Made by a program: the position numbers and the translations under genes. The notes beneath the pieces were generated by a model that saw only the letters and a program-made list of their open reading frames with translations, ran no database searches and was not told the DNA's origin. From Callorhinchus milii (taxonomy: Eukaryota): DNA of 64,000 nucleotides. This document shows, piece by piece, positions 35,811 to 49,485 of the stretch (its first letter is position 1; each line of letters starts with the position of its first letter). The stretch lies in the NCBI RefSeq assembly GCF_018977255.1, contig NW_024704743.1, positions 99,946,001 through 100,010,000 on the forward strand, in the 5' to 3' direction.

Positions 35811-36754
35811 CAGCCACCAATGATATTTTCAAATGTGGAGTGCAGTGTTTCACCCCCACTTCATAACATTACCAGCTTAATTCAATTATAGATCACTGGT
35901 TAACACAATTTGTGACAATGGTCATTGAACTTGGGACCTTTCAAGCCTCCCTGGTTCAGGTTGATACAAGGCTTTACCAACTGAGCTATCAAGGCTCTAT
36001 TAAGTTTACTACCTATTGTTTTTACTGTATTTGGAATTGCTTGTACTATTCTAGAAACTATTGTAGATACTGTATTAAAATAAACTATATTGCTTTATAA
36101 ATCATGTATCTAATTCACTTTGAAGAATGAACTACAGGGATATGGGGAAACAGCAGGTAAATGGGACTGAAAGAATTGTTCTTTAAAGAGCCAGCTCAAA
36201 CACAATGGGCCAAATGGCTTCTTCGGTGCTGTGAATTTCTATTGTTTTATTGCTGGGACTGTCTAGCCTAGTTCCCGTTACAAAGGGAGAAAAGTTAGCC
36301 GAGCCGACTGTGACTTTGCTATATTGTACATGCAACTTCCTGATTGTCTGCATGTCTTTCCATAATGAATTTCTATTATATTGGTTCACCATAGCGAAAA
36401 CTGCCTGCAAGCAAAGCTCTTTTGTCATCTGTGTGTTTATTTTCTGAGGTATGATGATGGCATGGGACCAAGTCAAATGACCTACTGCTGAAATGGCATT
36501 GGATTAGCTAAGACAGCTGATTAAAGTGTTATGTGGAGGCATTGCCAGCATGAAAGTTGAAGAGCTTAGGCCCAGATAAGGGCATAATTCAGCTATGAAT
36601 AGCGGACTAAAGGGACATTGGAGAAAATTTTACATTGTGGTCTGATTAGGATCTGAAGCTTTAGTAAGAAATGAATTAATGCTTCCCCAAATGTCCAGGG
36701 GGTTAACCGTGATAGGTTTCGGTAAAGAAGGCTCTTCAAAACATTTTCTATACT

Positions 36755-36882
36755 TTTCGACCACGCCTTTGGTCACCTTCCCCCCTCCCCCTGGCTAGGT
36801 CCCGGGATCCTAAACTGTAAAGCGCTCTGAGACGCCGTCCGGTGTGGAGGGCGCTATATAAATCCAAGTTGTTGTTGTTGTT
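36755..36882 (+). mobile_element. Short L2 3' tail copy, followed by a family C SINE (36900-37210)
   Basis: Near-identical to 39475-39605, ending (GTT)n. Confidence 0.85.
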
Positions 36883-37529
36883 ATACATAACACAATGTTA
36901 CACAATGCTGAATTAGCTCATCTCAGCCAGCGCAGCAGTTAGGAGGCTACAATTGGCATCTGGTGGCTGTGTTAGGGTTCCTGCTCCTTATCACTTTTTA
37001 GAGATCCCAACTGGAAAGTGCATGCATGAATATCAAATGCAGACAGGATCGGGTTATGGTGTCCATCCCATTTCCTCTCTCCTCTGCAATCAAATAGTGT
37101 GTCAGCACGCCCTGCCAAGGCTCACACATGATGACTTAGCCAGTGGGTGAGGTAATGGAGGTTGGCTGAGGAACAATAGATGTAAAAAGGAATCAAGCAG
37201 CTTTGTGCTCCTGATAACTTTCAGACACTCCAATTTTAAATGCTCATCCATGTACATCAGCAGTCTGACATCTTTCATAGTTCACTATCATCCTAAAATG
37301 TAAGATTGCGCAGATTTGTAGAAAATCCTTAAATTCAGTTTTACGATGCTGGCATTTAATATTGTTCCTTATTATGTCATCGAAACATCTCAAAGTGCTT
37401 TACAGGAATTTACTGTAAAATGTAGTGACTGTGTATTTGTAAGCGAACACCGCAGTTATTTGTGCACAGCAAACTTAATTTGGAAGTCGCTGTTCTTAAA
37501 AATAACTTTGTAAAATTTCATATCTTAAG

Positions 37530-37900
37530 ACAACAAAACACAACTTAAATTTATATATTGCCGTTCGCACAGATTGTGTGTCAGAGCATTTAACAGTGGC
37601 AGAACTTGACGCCGAGCTGGAAATAGAGGGGAAGCGTCTAAAGGCATGGTCAAAGAGGAAGGTTTTCAAATGCGATCTGAAGATGGACAAGGCAGAATAA
37701 ATGAGGCAACGTTCCAGAGATCCAAGCATAGTGGCTCAAAGCATGGCTGCTGATGATGGAGTGGAGGAAACAAGGGATGTTCAGAACGCCAGAACCAGCT
37801 GAGTGAAGGGGTAGGTTATGATGTGGGGCGGGGTGTAGGCAGATCAGAAAGGTAGGTGTTAGGGCATGAATTGATTTGTAAATAAGTGTGACTCATGGCT
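37530..37900 (-). mobile_element. Old L2 3' fragment
   Basis: FRSHLKTFLFDHAF motif plus tail. Confidence 0.75.
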
Positions 37901-38344
37901 TGAAATTGATCTGTTCTGCAAGACAATGCTTAGACCGTGAGACTTTCCAGGCCTTTGGTAAGCAGAAGGTAAGCCTGAGCTTTGCTAGGATGTCCATAAG
38001 CCTCCAAAGCTCAGATATGTACAATGGACGTTGGACAAAGTTAGAAACCTTCAGGAGAGAAAAGGATGTAAGAAAACGATGCAGAATCCACTTCTTCCTC
38101 TCAAATTATTCTCAAAGAGATGAGGTTTCTGGTTCATACAACAATAACTTGCATTTATATAACACCCTTCACATGGGATAGCATCTCAGAGTGCTTAAAA
38201 CCCTCACCGTCCTAACCCTCAGTTAGAGAAGTAGTAGAACTTGTAATGAAACTCAGAATTTTCTATTTAAAGACTATTGTGATTTTATGAATGAACTCAT
38301 CTGACTTTTTTCAGATGATGGAAAATTGCTGAAAAACAATTAGT

Positions 38345-39607
38345 ACAATCCTCTCTATCTGTGACCAGGGCTCCCTCTGCTTCCTTGTCCTCCTGGACCT
38401 CTCTGCCGCGTTCAACACAGTCGATCACGCCATCCTCCTCCACCACCTTTCCTCTGTCATCCACCTCAGTGGGACCACACTCGCCTGGTTCAAGTCCTAC
38501 CTCACAAACCGCCAGCAGTACATCTGCACAAATGGTTTCTCCTCCCGCTCTCACCCGGTCACCTGCGGGGTTCGCTAAGAATCCATCCTTGGCCCCCTCC
38601 TCTTTCTGATTTACATGCTCCCTCTTGGGGATGTCATCCGCAGACATGGGGTATATTTCCACAGACGATACCCAACTCTATTTTTCCACCTCTCTTTGCG
38701 ACCTCCAGTCCCCTGATGTTCTGTCAGCCTGCCTGTCAGACCTCAGGGGCTGGATGAGCGCAAATTTCCTTCAGCTGAACGTTGACAAGATGGAAGCCAT
38801 ACTCTTTGGCTCTCGTCAACATCTAAAATCTCACGGCTCTTAACTCCTCCACCTACCCGATCTCCCCCTAAAACTCTCCGAACCTGTACGCAACCTAGAA
38901 GTCAGGTTCGACCCCCAATTATCCTTCCTTCCCCACATCCGGTCCCTCACCAGCACCGCTTTCTTCCACCTCCGACGCATCGTCCGTTTCCACCAATACC
39001 TCTCCCCAAAAGCCACTGAAACCCTGGTCCATGCCTTTGTCACCTTTTGGCTGGACTATTCTAATGCCCTCCTCGCCAGCCTCCCCTCCACTACCATCCA
39101 TAAAATCCAGATCATTCAAAACTCTGCCGTCCGCATTCTCACTTGCACGAAACTCCGCTCCCCGATCACCCCAATCCTTGCCAGACTGCACTGGCTGCCT
39201 ATCCCAGAAAGGATCGATTTCAACATCCTCTACCTTGTATTCAAGTCCCTGCACTCCTCTGCAACCCCCTACCTCTCTGACCTCCTCTTTCCTCAAAACA
39301 TTATCCGTTGCCTACGTTCCTCTGGGTCTCGCCTCCTCCTCGTCCCCTGAATCCTCCGCTCCACCCTCGGCGCCCGTGCCTTCAGCCACTGTGCCCCGAG
39401 GCTCTGGAACTGCCTTCCTCACTCCCTTCGCCTCGCTCCCTCCTTTCCCATTTTCAGGTCTCTGCTGAAGACCTTTCTTTTCGACCGCGCCTTTGGTCAC
39501 TTTCCTCCCCATCCCCCTGGCTCGGTCCCGGGATCCGTTACTGTGAAGCGCTCTGAGACGCCGTCCGGCATGGAGGGCGTTATATAAATCCAAGTTGTTG
39601 TTGTTGT
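38345..39607 (+). mobile_element. L2 LINE, 5'-truncated, relatively young, ending in a stem-loop plus (GTT)n
   Basis: LVLLDLSAAF, YMLPLGDVIRRHG, LARLHWLP, KTFLFDRAF; same family as 45890-47022. Confidence 0.95.
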
Positions 39608-41027
39608 AGTATACGGGTAGTAAATGTTATAGCATAGCCTGGCCAATATTACCACAAAAGGAGTCAATGTCCAAAAAAGTCTTGATTGACTTCTTTGCGT
39701 GACAAAGACAGCACCATCAGACTTAAGACTGGACATGCTGTAAGTTGTGATCAGATTTGTTTTAAAAAAAAAGTCTAATCATAAAAAGATAGGAAAATGG
39801 GGATAATGGACTGAAATGATTTGCAGTGAGGTGCTGAGCTCCTATCTGATTGAAACAGGCTGCTAGTCTCTGGGAATTCATGATTGGAGTCGTGGGCTGG
39901 TTTCTGACTCATGCTGGCACCGAGATTAGAATTTGATATTCAGTGCTGGAAACATTTATTCACTGGGGTCCAAAAACAGACCAGTCTTGGCAAAATTGAT
40001 TTGGTTCTCAGGAAATCTGGGGAGGAAGGGAAGCAATAATGTTGTTATTTTAAGCTAAACGTTTACAAGAAATAATTCACTTAAGATCCATTTTGTTTCA
40101 TAGGTATTCAGAAATAAAGGCTCAAATCATGCATTTCATCAGTGGTGGAACTACGATGGTGCAGTCACCCAACTAATTGGTGGCGGAATGTTGTGGCGGC
40201 TGAAACATCCCTCCCCCAAATATTTTGGAAATAGTTATCTGTCTCCTGGGCTTGGAATGGGACAGTACATTTCATTGTACAATCCTGGTACAATAAGAAC
40301 ATTTTAGATTTTGCAATGGGGAAGGGGGGGCCCTAATCCTAACCTAAACTTGTACCAGGGTATCGTGGGGCCTTGTTACACGACTGCAATTTGTATCGGT
40401 AACTGTTGTGCTCTGTACGGAATCTCGATTTCAGCTCCAATTTGAGGTTCTCTAACCTACTACAAGCAGCTTGTTTGGAGTTATCACAGTATCTACTGGC
40501 TTTGTGGGGTTCTGGGAGCAGACATATTCCTGAGAGCGTTGCCAATTCATTCACATTTTTGCATGATCAAAACATGTGAATCTCCTCCACCACCACCTCC
40601 CAAGGGATTCCCTTGACTTTACTTTCAATGCAATAAATGCTCAGTGGGATCTGCGTTCTCACTCTATTTTTTGTTTTTCAAAGTTTCGGGGATTTCTTTT
40701 TAAAATGTAATGAGGACTGACTTCCTCTCAGCGTTAAGTTAGTGTGATAAGCAGGAGTACAAAAAAGCACTAACAATAGGAGCACTAAAGGCTCAGCTAA
40801 GTTTCTGATATCCAGCCTGTTTCCTTGCTCTGACATTCACATCTTCACAGCCATCCAATGCTACTGTTACCAGAATCCTGTGGTATATTTGTGTGAAACT
40901 GCCTCTGGATATTGAGCAAATGCTTTCCCTCTCTCACTGTTAACTAAAGGCATTCTGGATCATCAGCACTTTTCTTGGTTTTCTTATTCTCTGTGACATT
41001 TTAGTTAGTGTAACATTTCATTTCACA

Positions 41028-41527
41028 GATTATATACTGAGGGACAAGCTGAAGTTGAGCTCAACCGTGGCTAAGGCCAGATGGGGTCTGACCCCGGCAG
41101 GAGCCGCTCTGACACAACCACTGAGAGCGCACCCACCGGGTAGCCCACAAGCGCACCCAAAACTGACTGAAATAAACGTAAAGGCACAGAAGGACGCTCA
41201 AGATGTAATCAAAGTGCGATCCAAAAATATATGTACAGTAAACGTGTGTACGTACAGTGCACATCGGGGAGCCTTCCTAAAGCGGCAAGTGCACCTTATC
41301 AGGGTGTGTGAGGGCGCGCACGTGAATGTGGTGTACACAGGGGCGACTCCAAACTCTTTTAAAGGGAGAGTCCCAAAAAAACTTGGGAACAACCTGTGTG
41401 CGGTGAAGGAATGTACCGTTTTGTAAAGGAGAAAGTTGTAACAGAAGATCTTGTACATTGTGTTTGTTTTAGATTTCTGTTGTACCAAATATTATATTTA
41501 TAAATAAGTATATATTTTAAAAAAAAC
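41028..41527 (+). mobile_element. Tx1 (L1-clade) retrotransposon 3' end
   Basis: DYILRDKLKLSSTVAKARWG resembles the fish Tx1 ORF2 C-terminus; ends aaataagtatatatttt plus an A-rich tail; CpG-rich. Confidence 0.7.
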
Positions 41528-42089
41528 AAAGTGGACAAACTGACTGCCGTATTTCGCCCCCATAATAAATGGTCAATGCACTTTACAGTATATCCTGTGA
41601 AGTGCTTTGAGATGTCTCAATGATGTAGTAAGGTGATATCCTAATGCAAGGATTATTATTAATATATTATTAACATAAATGCAGTCAATTCACTTTACAG
41701 TAAATCCTGTGAAGCGCTTTGGGATGTCCTCCTGATGTAAAAGGAGTGTGTTTAGGAGGGATATTGCCGTCACTACATTGGCTGCAGTTTCACCCATAGA
41801 TACAAAGTCACTTTGGGACTTCCTCTCAATGTGAAAGGCGCTATACCAAATTCACAGTTTATTATTATCACCATTACCATTATTACTATTACAAGTATTG
41901 CTTATTGTTATAAATTCAGAGGCAAAAGTGCTACCTCCTGAGTCAATCTACACTCTCACTCAAGGACAAACATTTTTAATTCCGCATAAGATTTCACAGT
42001 GAAGTATTTTATTTCTTGCTACTGTACTGCAGTTTGCTTCTTTAGGCATTTATTCTAGCTGAAAGAATTGCCTTTTTATATGTTGAACT

Positions 42090-42745
42090 GTTCTGATCAT
42101 CAGGAAGCTCTCAGGGAGTTCCTTATTGGATGTTGAATAACCACTGTGACTATCCTGGGAGGTAGGGTGGGGGTTAAATTGGGTCTCCTTGGGAATGAGC
42201 TGGCTCCAAGTCGATTTGCTTAACAAAGAAATGGAAGGAATGAGTCAATGCTCTATGACGGTCCCTGTCGTCTGGTTCATGAGCCGGGGGTGGGGTGGGG
42301 GTGGGGAGTACGGTATTCCAAGGCACTGCTTGTGACAGCCTGACTCATCAGCAGGACTTGGAGGGGCAGAGATTCTTCCACTCAATTTCTGTAAACCCTG
42401 CAATCCAAAGTCCTAATGAGTAGGGTAGTAATAGCTGGACGAAGCTCACCAGACTAGTCTCAACAGCAAGCTATGCAGTTTTAGATGGTTAAACTCCAGG
42501 AATACCTCAACACACACTCTGATTTCTGAAACCTTGGCTCTTACCAGCCTATGCCTAATACTTTTTGGAATTAGGAAACTGAGTGCGTCCTTATGGAGAA
42601 AGAGTGTGTATTCCATTCCAGACATAGGAAAAGTCCATGTGTAGAGGACATATGTATGTGGAACTCTCAATCTGGTTTGAGTACTCTTAAGCATGATGAT
42701 GGGGTTCTGTATATGTCAGACATTTGGGTGATCCCAAACACCCAT
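42090..42745 (-). repeat. Family U repeat, copy 4 (longest)
   Basis: Reverse-complement similarity to 14110-14580, extending further. Confidence 0.7.
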
Positions 42746-43271
42746 TATTTTAGTATTAAATAAATTGACGACTGTGTGTGGGACAATCGCTGGCCGCAAT
42801 TAGCTGCCGCGTTTCACACACCAAATACACAGTCAATTCACTTTACAATTTATTTTGTGCAGTGCTTTGGGATGTCTCAACAACGTGATAAGGCGCTATA
42901 TCAAATGCAAAGGTTATTATTATTAAATATACATTAAAAATACAACACTTCAAAATCGTACCCATTTCAAACTGAAGTGTACGAATGCTGCCCCGGATCG
43001 ACTTCAAGCTCTTTACTTTCACTTATAAATTCCTTCATGTCCAATCACCTCCCTATCTCATGTTCTTGTTGGATCCCACTCCTTTGGTCAGCTAACTCTA
43101 CCTGCTGTACATCCCCACTCCACCATCAATGGCAGAGCCTTCAAATCACTATTCCCCCTAACATCTGGAATTTTCTGCTCTAACACTCCACCTCATCCCC
43201 TCTCTATCTGCCTTTAAATCACAAAAGCCTACCACTTTGACCACACCTGTGGTCACCTCCCGCTTTATACC

Positions 43272-43591
43272 GTGGAGTCCTGTAGCTCAGTGGTTAGAGC
43301 ATTCGCCTTGCAAGTGAAATACCTGGGTTCAATTCCAGGCAGGGTGAAAACTTGGGCAAGTTTCCTTACTCCAGACGCCTAATAATAAACCCTCAAGAAA
43401 AAAAATCAATAATAAATTGGTCACTTCAATCCACAACTTTTGTGGGACACTGCTGTTCGCAATTGGCTGCCGCCTTTCGCCCACAAATATACGGTCAATT
43501 CACTTTATAGTATATTTTGTGAAGCGCTTTGAGACGTCTAGAAGACATGAAAGTGCTATATCAAATGCAAGGATTATTATTATTATTATTA
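43272..43591 (+). mobile_element. Family A SINE, short form, inserted in an old L2 3' end (42960-43260 and 43600-43680)
   Basis: Full head to (ATT)n tail; short TSD tacc. Confidence 0.9.
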
Positions 43592-43789
43592 CCTTGTTCA
43601 CTGTCTGACTGCCACTGTAAAATGCTCTGAGTCCTTAACCTATGTGAAGAGTGCTATAAAAGTGCAATTTGTTGTTATTATTATTATTTTATTTTATTAT
43701 TTGTTGTACTGTAGAGTGTATTTGAAAATCATTCTCAAGCATACCATCCTATATCTCAATTAATACCATTGTATAGATTTCCTGCACTA

Positions 43790-44905
43790 CAACAACATCA
43801 ACAAAATTACATTTGTATAGCGCCTTTCACGTCAGGAGGACATCCCAAGGCACTGGATAGTCACTGGAGTTTTGAACCTGAGCTGGGGGGTCGGGATTGG
43901 GGAGGGTGGAGAGCATTGGGGGATGCAGGGTGTTCGAAAGCAGGGTCGAAGAGGAGGGACTTGAGATGGGTCTTGAAGGAGGCAAGGGAGGGGGTGAGGT
44001 GGAGGGACTGCGGCATGGAGTTCCAGAGGGTGGCGGCAGAGTGGCTGAAGCTGTGAAATAGTGGGGCGGGTGAGGCAGGGGACGTGAAGCAGGCAGGATG
44101 TTAGTGGGTTAGGAGGTCGCAAAAGTAGGGGAGATCAAGACTATGGAGGGCTTTGAAGGTGAGGACCCGGATCTTCAACTGTATCCTCTGTGTGATGGGA
44201 TGCCAGTGAAGTTGGGCGAAGATGGGGGTGATAAGGTCACGGAGGCTGGTGCGGGAGAGGACACGGGGTGCAGAGTTCTGGATGATCTGCAGCCTATGGA
44301 GGGAGGACTTAACGAGGCTGTCAAGCAAGGAGTTTGCATTGTCATACCTCAATGTAATGAATGTGTGTATGAGGGTTTCAGGGGCCTTCGTTGTGAGACA
44401 GTGGCAGAGCTGGGTGATGTTGCAGAGGTGGGGGAAGGCAGAGTGTATCATGGCTCAGATGTGGGGTAGAAAGGATAGCTGAGGGTCAAACAAGACCCCA
44501 AGATTCTGGACTGGCTTAGTAAGGTGGAGTGTGCAACCATGGACGGTGATGCTGTTAGCAGTGGTCCTGGAGTCAAGGGTGGAGGCAGAGCGGTACAGTT
44601 GGATGTCATCCGCATACATGTGGAAGTTGACCCCATGTCTGCGGATGATGTCACCAGGAAGGAGCCATACAGATGTTGAAGAGGAGGGGACCAAAGACAG
44701 AGCCCTGAGGAACTCTACACGAGACGGTGCAGAGGCTAGAGGAGAAACCGTTTGAGGAGATGAAGTGGAGACGGTGTGAGAGGTACAATCTGAACCAATC
44801 AAGGAGAGCGCCGTGAAGGTTGAGGTTAGAGGAGAGGTGGTGGATGAGGATAGAGTGGTCGAAAGCAGCAGAGAGGTCAAGGAGGACGAGGAGGCAGTAG
44901 GAGTC
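43790..44905 (-). mobile_element. Host L2 (RT C-half plus tail); its upstream RT part continues at 47025-47280
   Basis: [36 protein letters not shown]; 47025-47280 encodes TPILKKPS...SNY..VSNFPFLS..VVASQL. Confidence 0.93.
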
Positions 44906-47022
44906 AGGAGAGCACGGGGTGGAGCCGAGGCCTACCTGCGGGTATAAAGGAGTGGCTCCAACAATGTCTTGGCAGCCCCTGTCACTGCCATCCCGGCCAT
45001 GACCACACAGCCTGAGGGCTGATGCCGTCCCGCTGATCACTCGCTCCCGGTCTCTGTGTGAGCGTTTTGGCTGCCGCCCTGACCCGAGCCTCTCCCTCCC
45101 CCTCCACTCTAAATGTCTCGCCTCCCACCCCCTCTCTATCCGCTACTCCTCCTCTGTCCTTCTCTCTCACCGCCCTCCCTGCCTTCTCTCTCTCCTCGAT
45201 TCCATCACCACTTCCCTCTGCTTCAGCCTGGGCATCCTCCGCCGGGCCCATCGTGGCTCCCGGCACTGGCTGTCCCAGAATAGGAACCCCACATGTCCCA
45301 TCACTCACTCCCTCCGCTCAAACCGCTTCCTTAAGGTAAACTCAACTTCCCCCTCCCTCATACATTGCCTCCCCAACTCTCCACTCACACCGCTCTCCAC
45401 AACCATCTTTCCTGTACACCAAAAAATCCTCTCCGTATCACTCTCTCCTCACTCACCCACTCCAGCAAACCCACCTGCATTTCCCTCCAAAATGTCCGTT
45501 CTCTCAATCAAAGCCCTCACCATCCACAACCTCATCCTGGATGAGCACCTTGACATTCTTGGGCTCACCAAAACCTGGCTCTCCCCCAATGACCCCGTCC
45601 CCTTAGTGGAAACCTTCCCTCCAGGCTACACCTTCCACCACAACCCCCATCCAAACCAACGTGGCGGCGGGGTGGCCTTCATTTCCAAAGCCTACTTGGT
45701 CTCACCCCCCTACTCCTCTGGCTGCTTCCCCTCCTTCGAGCACCTCACCCTCTTCCACCCCTCTCTCCCATTGAAAATCCTCCTTGTCTGCCGCTCCCCT
45801 AAGCCCCCTGGCTCCTTCCACACAGACATCTCTACTCTCCTCTCTTCCCTGTCCCTCTGCTCTGAACGCCTGCTCATAATGGGTGATTTCATCCACCTCA
45901 GTGGGACTGTACTTGCCTGGTTCGAGACCTACCTCACAAACTGCCAGCAGTACATCTGCACAAACGGCTTCTCCTCCCGCACTCACCCGGTTACCTGCGG
46001 GGTACCCCAAGGATCCATTCTTGGCTCCCTCCTCTTTCTGATCTACATGCTCCCTCTTGGGGATGTCATCCGCAGACATGGGGTACATTTCCACATGTAT
46101 GTGGACGACACCCAACTATTTTTCCACCTCTCTTTGCGACCCCCAGTCCCCTGATGTTCTGTCAGCCTGCCTGTCAGACCTCAGGGGCTGGATGAGCATA
46201 AATTTCCTTCAGCTGAACGTTGACAAAATGGGAGCCATACTCTTTGGCTCTCGTCAACGTCTAGAATATCATGATCTCACCTCATCCACCTACCCGACCT
46301 CCCCCTAAAACTCTCTGAACCCGTAAGCAACCTAGGCCTCAGGTTCAAGCCCCAATTATCCTTCCTCCTCCACATCCGGTCCCTCACCAACACCGCTTTC
46401 TTCCCCTCCGACACATCACCCGTCTCCGCCAATACCTCTCTCCGAAAGCCGTTGAAACCCTGGTCCATACCTTTGTCACCTCTCGGCAGGACTATTTTAA
46501 TGCCCTCTGCGCCAATCTCCCATCCACTACCATCCATAAAATCCAGATGATTCAAACCTCTGCTGCCCGCATTCTCACCCGCACCAAACTCCGCTCCCCG
46601 ATTACCCCAGTCCTTGCCAGACTGCACTGGCTGCCTGTCCCAGAGAGGATCGACTTCAAGATCCTCACTCTTGTCTTCAAATCCCTTCACTCCTCTGCAC
46701 CCCCCTACCTCTCTGACCTTCTCTCTTCTCAAAACAGGGCCCGTTGCCTTCGTTCCTCCGGGTCTGGCCTCCTCCTTGTCCACCGAGTCTTCCTCTCCAC
46801 CCTCAGCGGCCATGCCTTCAGCCACTATTCCCCGAGGCTCTGGAACTCCCTTCCTCACTCCCTTCACCTCGCTCTCTCTCTTCCTATTTTCAGGTCTCTG
46901 CTGAAGACCTTTCTCTTTGACCGCGCCTTTGGTCACCTTCCTCCCCCTCCCCCTGGCTCGGCCCCGGGATCCGTTACTGTGAAGCACTCTGAGATGCCGT
47001 CTGGCGTGGAGGGCGCTATATA
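44906..47022 (+). mobile_element. Guest L2 with 5' region and 3' tail but a large internal deletion fusing endonuclease to RT in frame
   Basis: ORF 45492-46154: LTKTWL, RGGGVA, IMGDF|IHLSG, VPQGSILG, YVDDTQ; LHWLP; 3' stem-loop. Confidence 0.93.
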
Positions 47023-47759
47023 TGAAGGGCGTGGCAGGAGAGGAAGGAGCAAAGCTGGGAAGCAACAACTCCTTCCACGGCATTAGAGAGGAAAGGGAAG
47101 TTGGAGACGTGGTGGTAGTTTGAGAGCACAGATGAGTGCCAGGAGGGTTTTTTAAGGATAGGAGTGATGATGGCCATTTTTAATGGGGTGGGAATGGTAC
47201 CAGTGGACAGGAAGAGGTTTTTGATGTCTGTGAGTAGAGAGGCAAGGAGGTAGAACTGAGAGATAAGGAGAGGGGTAGGGCGATACAATAGTGTATTGTT
47301 CACTAGCCTGAACAATACAAGAACTTGAGCCAATTCCCTAATTGATTGTCCATGCACTGTTTTCAATCAATCCCCTGCAAAGCATCACCAAAGAAACAAT
47401 AGTATGTTTTAATAAAAGTTACACTTGGTAAACTATATCTGTTACATATTTTCTTTTTAATTTCATTTCTAAACAAACTATTAAATAAGCTGTCTTGGCT
47501 ATTTCTATCTGCTGTTTATAGAATTCCGAGTTCAGGCAGGACATTCTTGGCAACATGTAGGTAGTTTTATGACAAAAATTGCTTTTTATAAAAATGATGT
47601 ATTGTGCACTGAAACCTGGGGAGGGAGTGGAATTGGCATCCTGTTGCCCTGATATCTTAAGTCTCCAATTTTGTGTCTTGCTTCTCTTCACCAGATTCCC
47701 AACAGAACAACTCTACCCTTTTATAGTAGCAAATTATTTTAGTTTTTTCTTGTTTTTTC

Positions 47760-48110
47760 CCCAACACTGATGACTCATCTTATATTACAAATCCATGGGC
47801 ACTGTCCATTCTCTTGTGCGAGCCTAGATAGTGCGTGCGTGTAGTTGTTGGCAGGTTATTTCAATGGTCAAGGACATCAGAGCTGAGTCTAATTCTCTCC
47901 CAGACCCATTCCCCAAATCTATGATCACACAGAGGCAAATGCCAGTCTCCAACAGCTTCACTGGATAGTGACTGAAAGTGCTTGATTTAACCCTCTGGAG
48001 TCAAAGTGCATTCAGGCCAATTTTAGCACCCTGTCCTGCGACTTAACTGAGATGACCTAAATGCACAGAGATTGAGATCTTCCTGTTTGTGGGGCTCATT
48101 TTCATATGTG
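47760..48110 (-). mobile_element. Family C SINE-like repeat
   Basis: Reverse-complement similarity to 36900-37210 and 60635-61090. Confidence 0.6.
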
Positions 48111-48349
48111 GTGGGAGGCGAGGGCTCGAGGGGCGTCGGCCGTTAAACATCTATCCACAGGCACACCTCTTTTAGGGGGAGCTGAAGTGTAATATACCGT
48201 CGCTTCCTCCTTTACCTTCATCACCGTGCAGGCTCCATGCCAGACTTAAAGACGGCTAACCCCCGCTGCCCTCTTCAGCCGCCATCTATGCTCAGTTGAC
48301 AATGGCTGACGCAATCCTTGCATTCGACATGACGTCTTATCAACAAACA

Positions 48350-48772
48350 ACAACAACAAATTGTGCAGCGTCTTTCACATTAGGAAAGCATCAAAGCATC
48401 TCAAAACACCTGACATGATTTCCTGTAATGTGTAGTGACCCTGTCTTTGTAGGCAAATGTGGCGGCCAATTGTCACGGAGCAGCCCATGCCTTGAAGTAA
48501 ATGATTAGTTTCATCCTGGGAATTATTATCCAGGACATTGAGAGAAACTGTTACGCCAATAGTGTTGTGGGATCTTTAACATCTAAATGAACAGGTAGGG
48601 CCTGGGTTCACCTTCTTGTGGAAGGGATGGAAACCTCCTCCAATGCTGGGCTCCCCCAAACACCGCCCCATCAGCCTCGCCTGTGAGCACAGAGTCCCCC
48701 ACATGAGGTTCGAACCCACAAAACCTTCTGACTCCTTGAGAAAGAGTGCCACCAACTGAGTCAGGCTGTCAG
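48350..48772 (-). mobile_element. Family B Deu-SINE just upstream of EMILIN2
   Basis: Head ...aaccttctgactc...gtgccaccaactgagtcaggctg on the plus strand. Confidence 0.8.
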
Positions 48773-48779
48773 CTCGGAA

Positions 48780-49159
48780 GATTGTGCGAGAAGTGGAATG
48801 GGGCTGAAAGATATTTTTTTCTCCAAAAAAACCAAAAAAAAAAAAACCCCCGAGTTGCTTGTGTGGCCAATGCTTCATTGCACCAGAATTAACGCCACTC
48901 CCTAAACACTCAACCCAGAGGAACAGGAAAAGCCCGAGACAAACCGCCTCTGCTCCTCAGCAGAGGACCTCCTCATCCCCACACAGGGCAGATCCACTGA
49001 ACTTGTGTGTGTGCGAGTGTGTGTCTGCGAGTGCAGTCTGTTCACTGACTGACTGCCCCCAAGTCCTGAGCACTGATCCCTTTGCTGCAGCCTCTGGGGT
49101 TTGGAGTGATCACTTTAAATTGCAAAGGCTGAATGGGCACTTGCTCCCGTCCGGGTGCA
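48780..49159 (+). promoter_or_regulatory. EMILIN2 proximal promoter / 5'UTR region
   Basis: Unique sequence directly upstream of the ATG, CCAAT near 48867, raised CpG density; TSS not determinable. Confidence 0.4.
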
Positions 49160-49326
49160 ATGAGCAGAAGAAAAGTCGGGACGGCTTTGCTGATCTGGTC
49201 GCTGATTCTGATCAGCCTCACACCGACTGATGGGGAACCGGCTCTGTCATCTTCCAGATACAATCTCTTTTCCTCCCCTCGGTCCGCTCCTCGGACCTCT
49301 GCAAACAGAGCCACGGGGCGCAACAA
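49160..49326 (+). CDS. EMILIN2: EMILIN2 exon 1: signal peptide (MSRRKVGTALLIWSLILISLTPTDG...RYNLF...GRNK)
   Basis: ATG 49160 (an in-frame upstream ATG at 49133 is also possible); hydrophobic leader; AA|gtaagt phase 2. Confidence 0.9.
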
Positions 49327-49485
49327 GTAAGTCAGTCCAATCTCTCTATATCTATCTATATCTGTCTGTCTGTCTGTCTGTCTGTCCGGGCAGTCTGCCA
49401 GTTTGCACTTTTAAAACATTTAGCAACAAGAAAGATTTCCAGCAAAATGAACTCCAGCAATTTTAACTGCAGCCTCTCAGTGCAT

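Noticed and set aside
44906..45060. Possible HDV-like ribozyme at the L2 5' end
   Set aside because: I could not build the nested double pseudoknot; only short hairpins are present.
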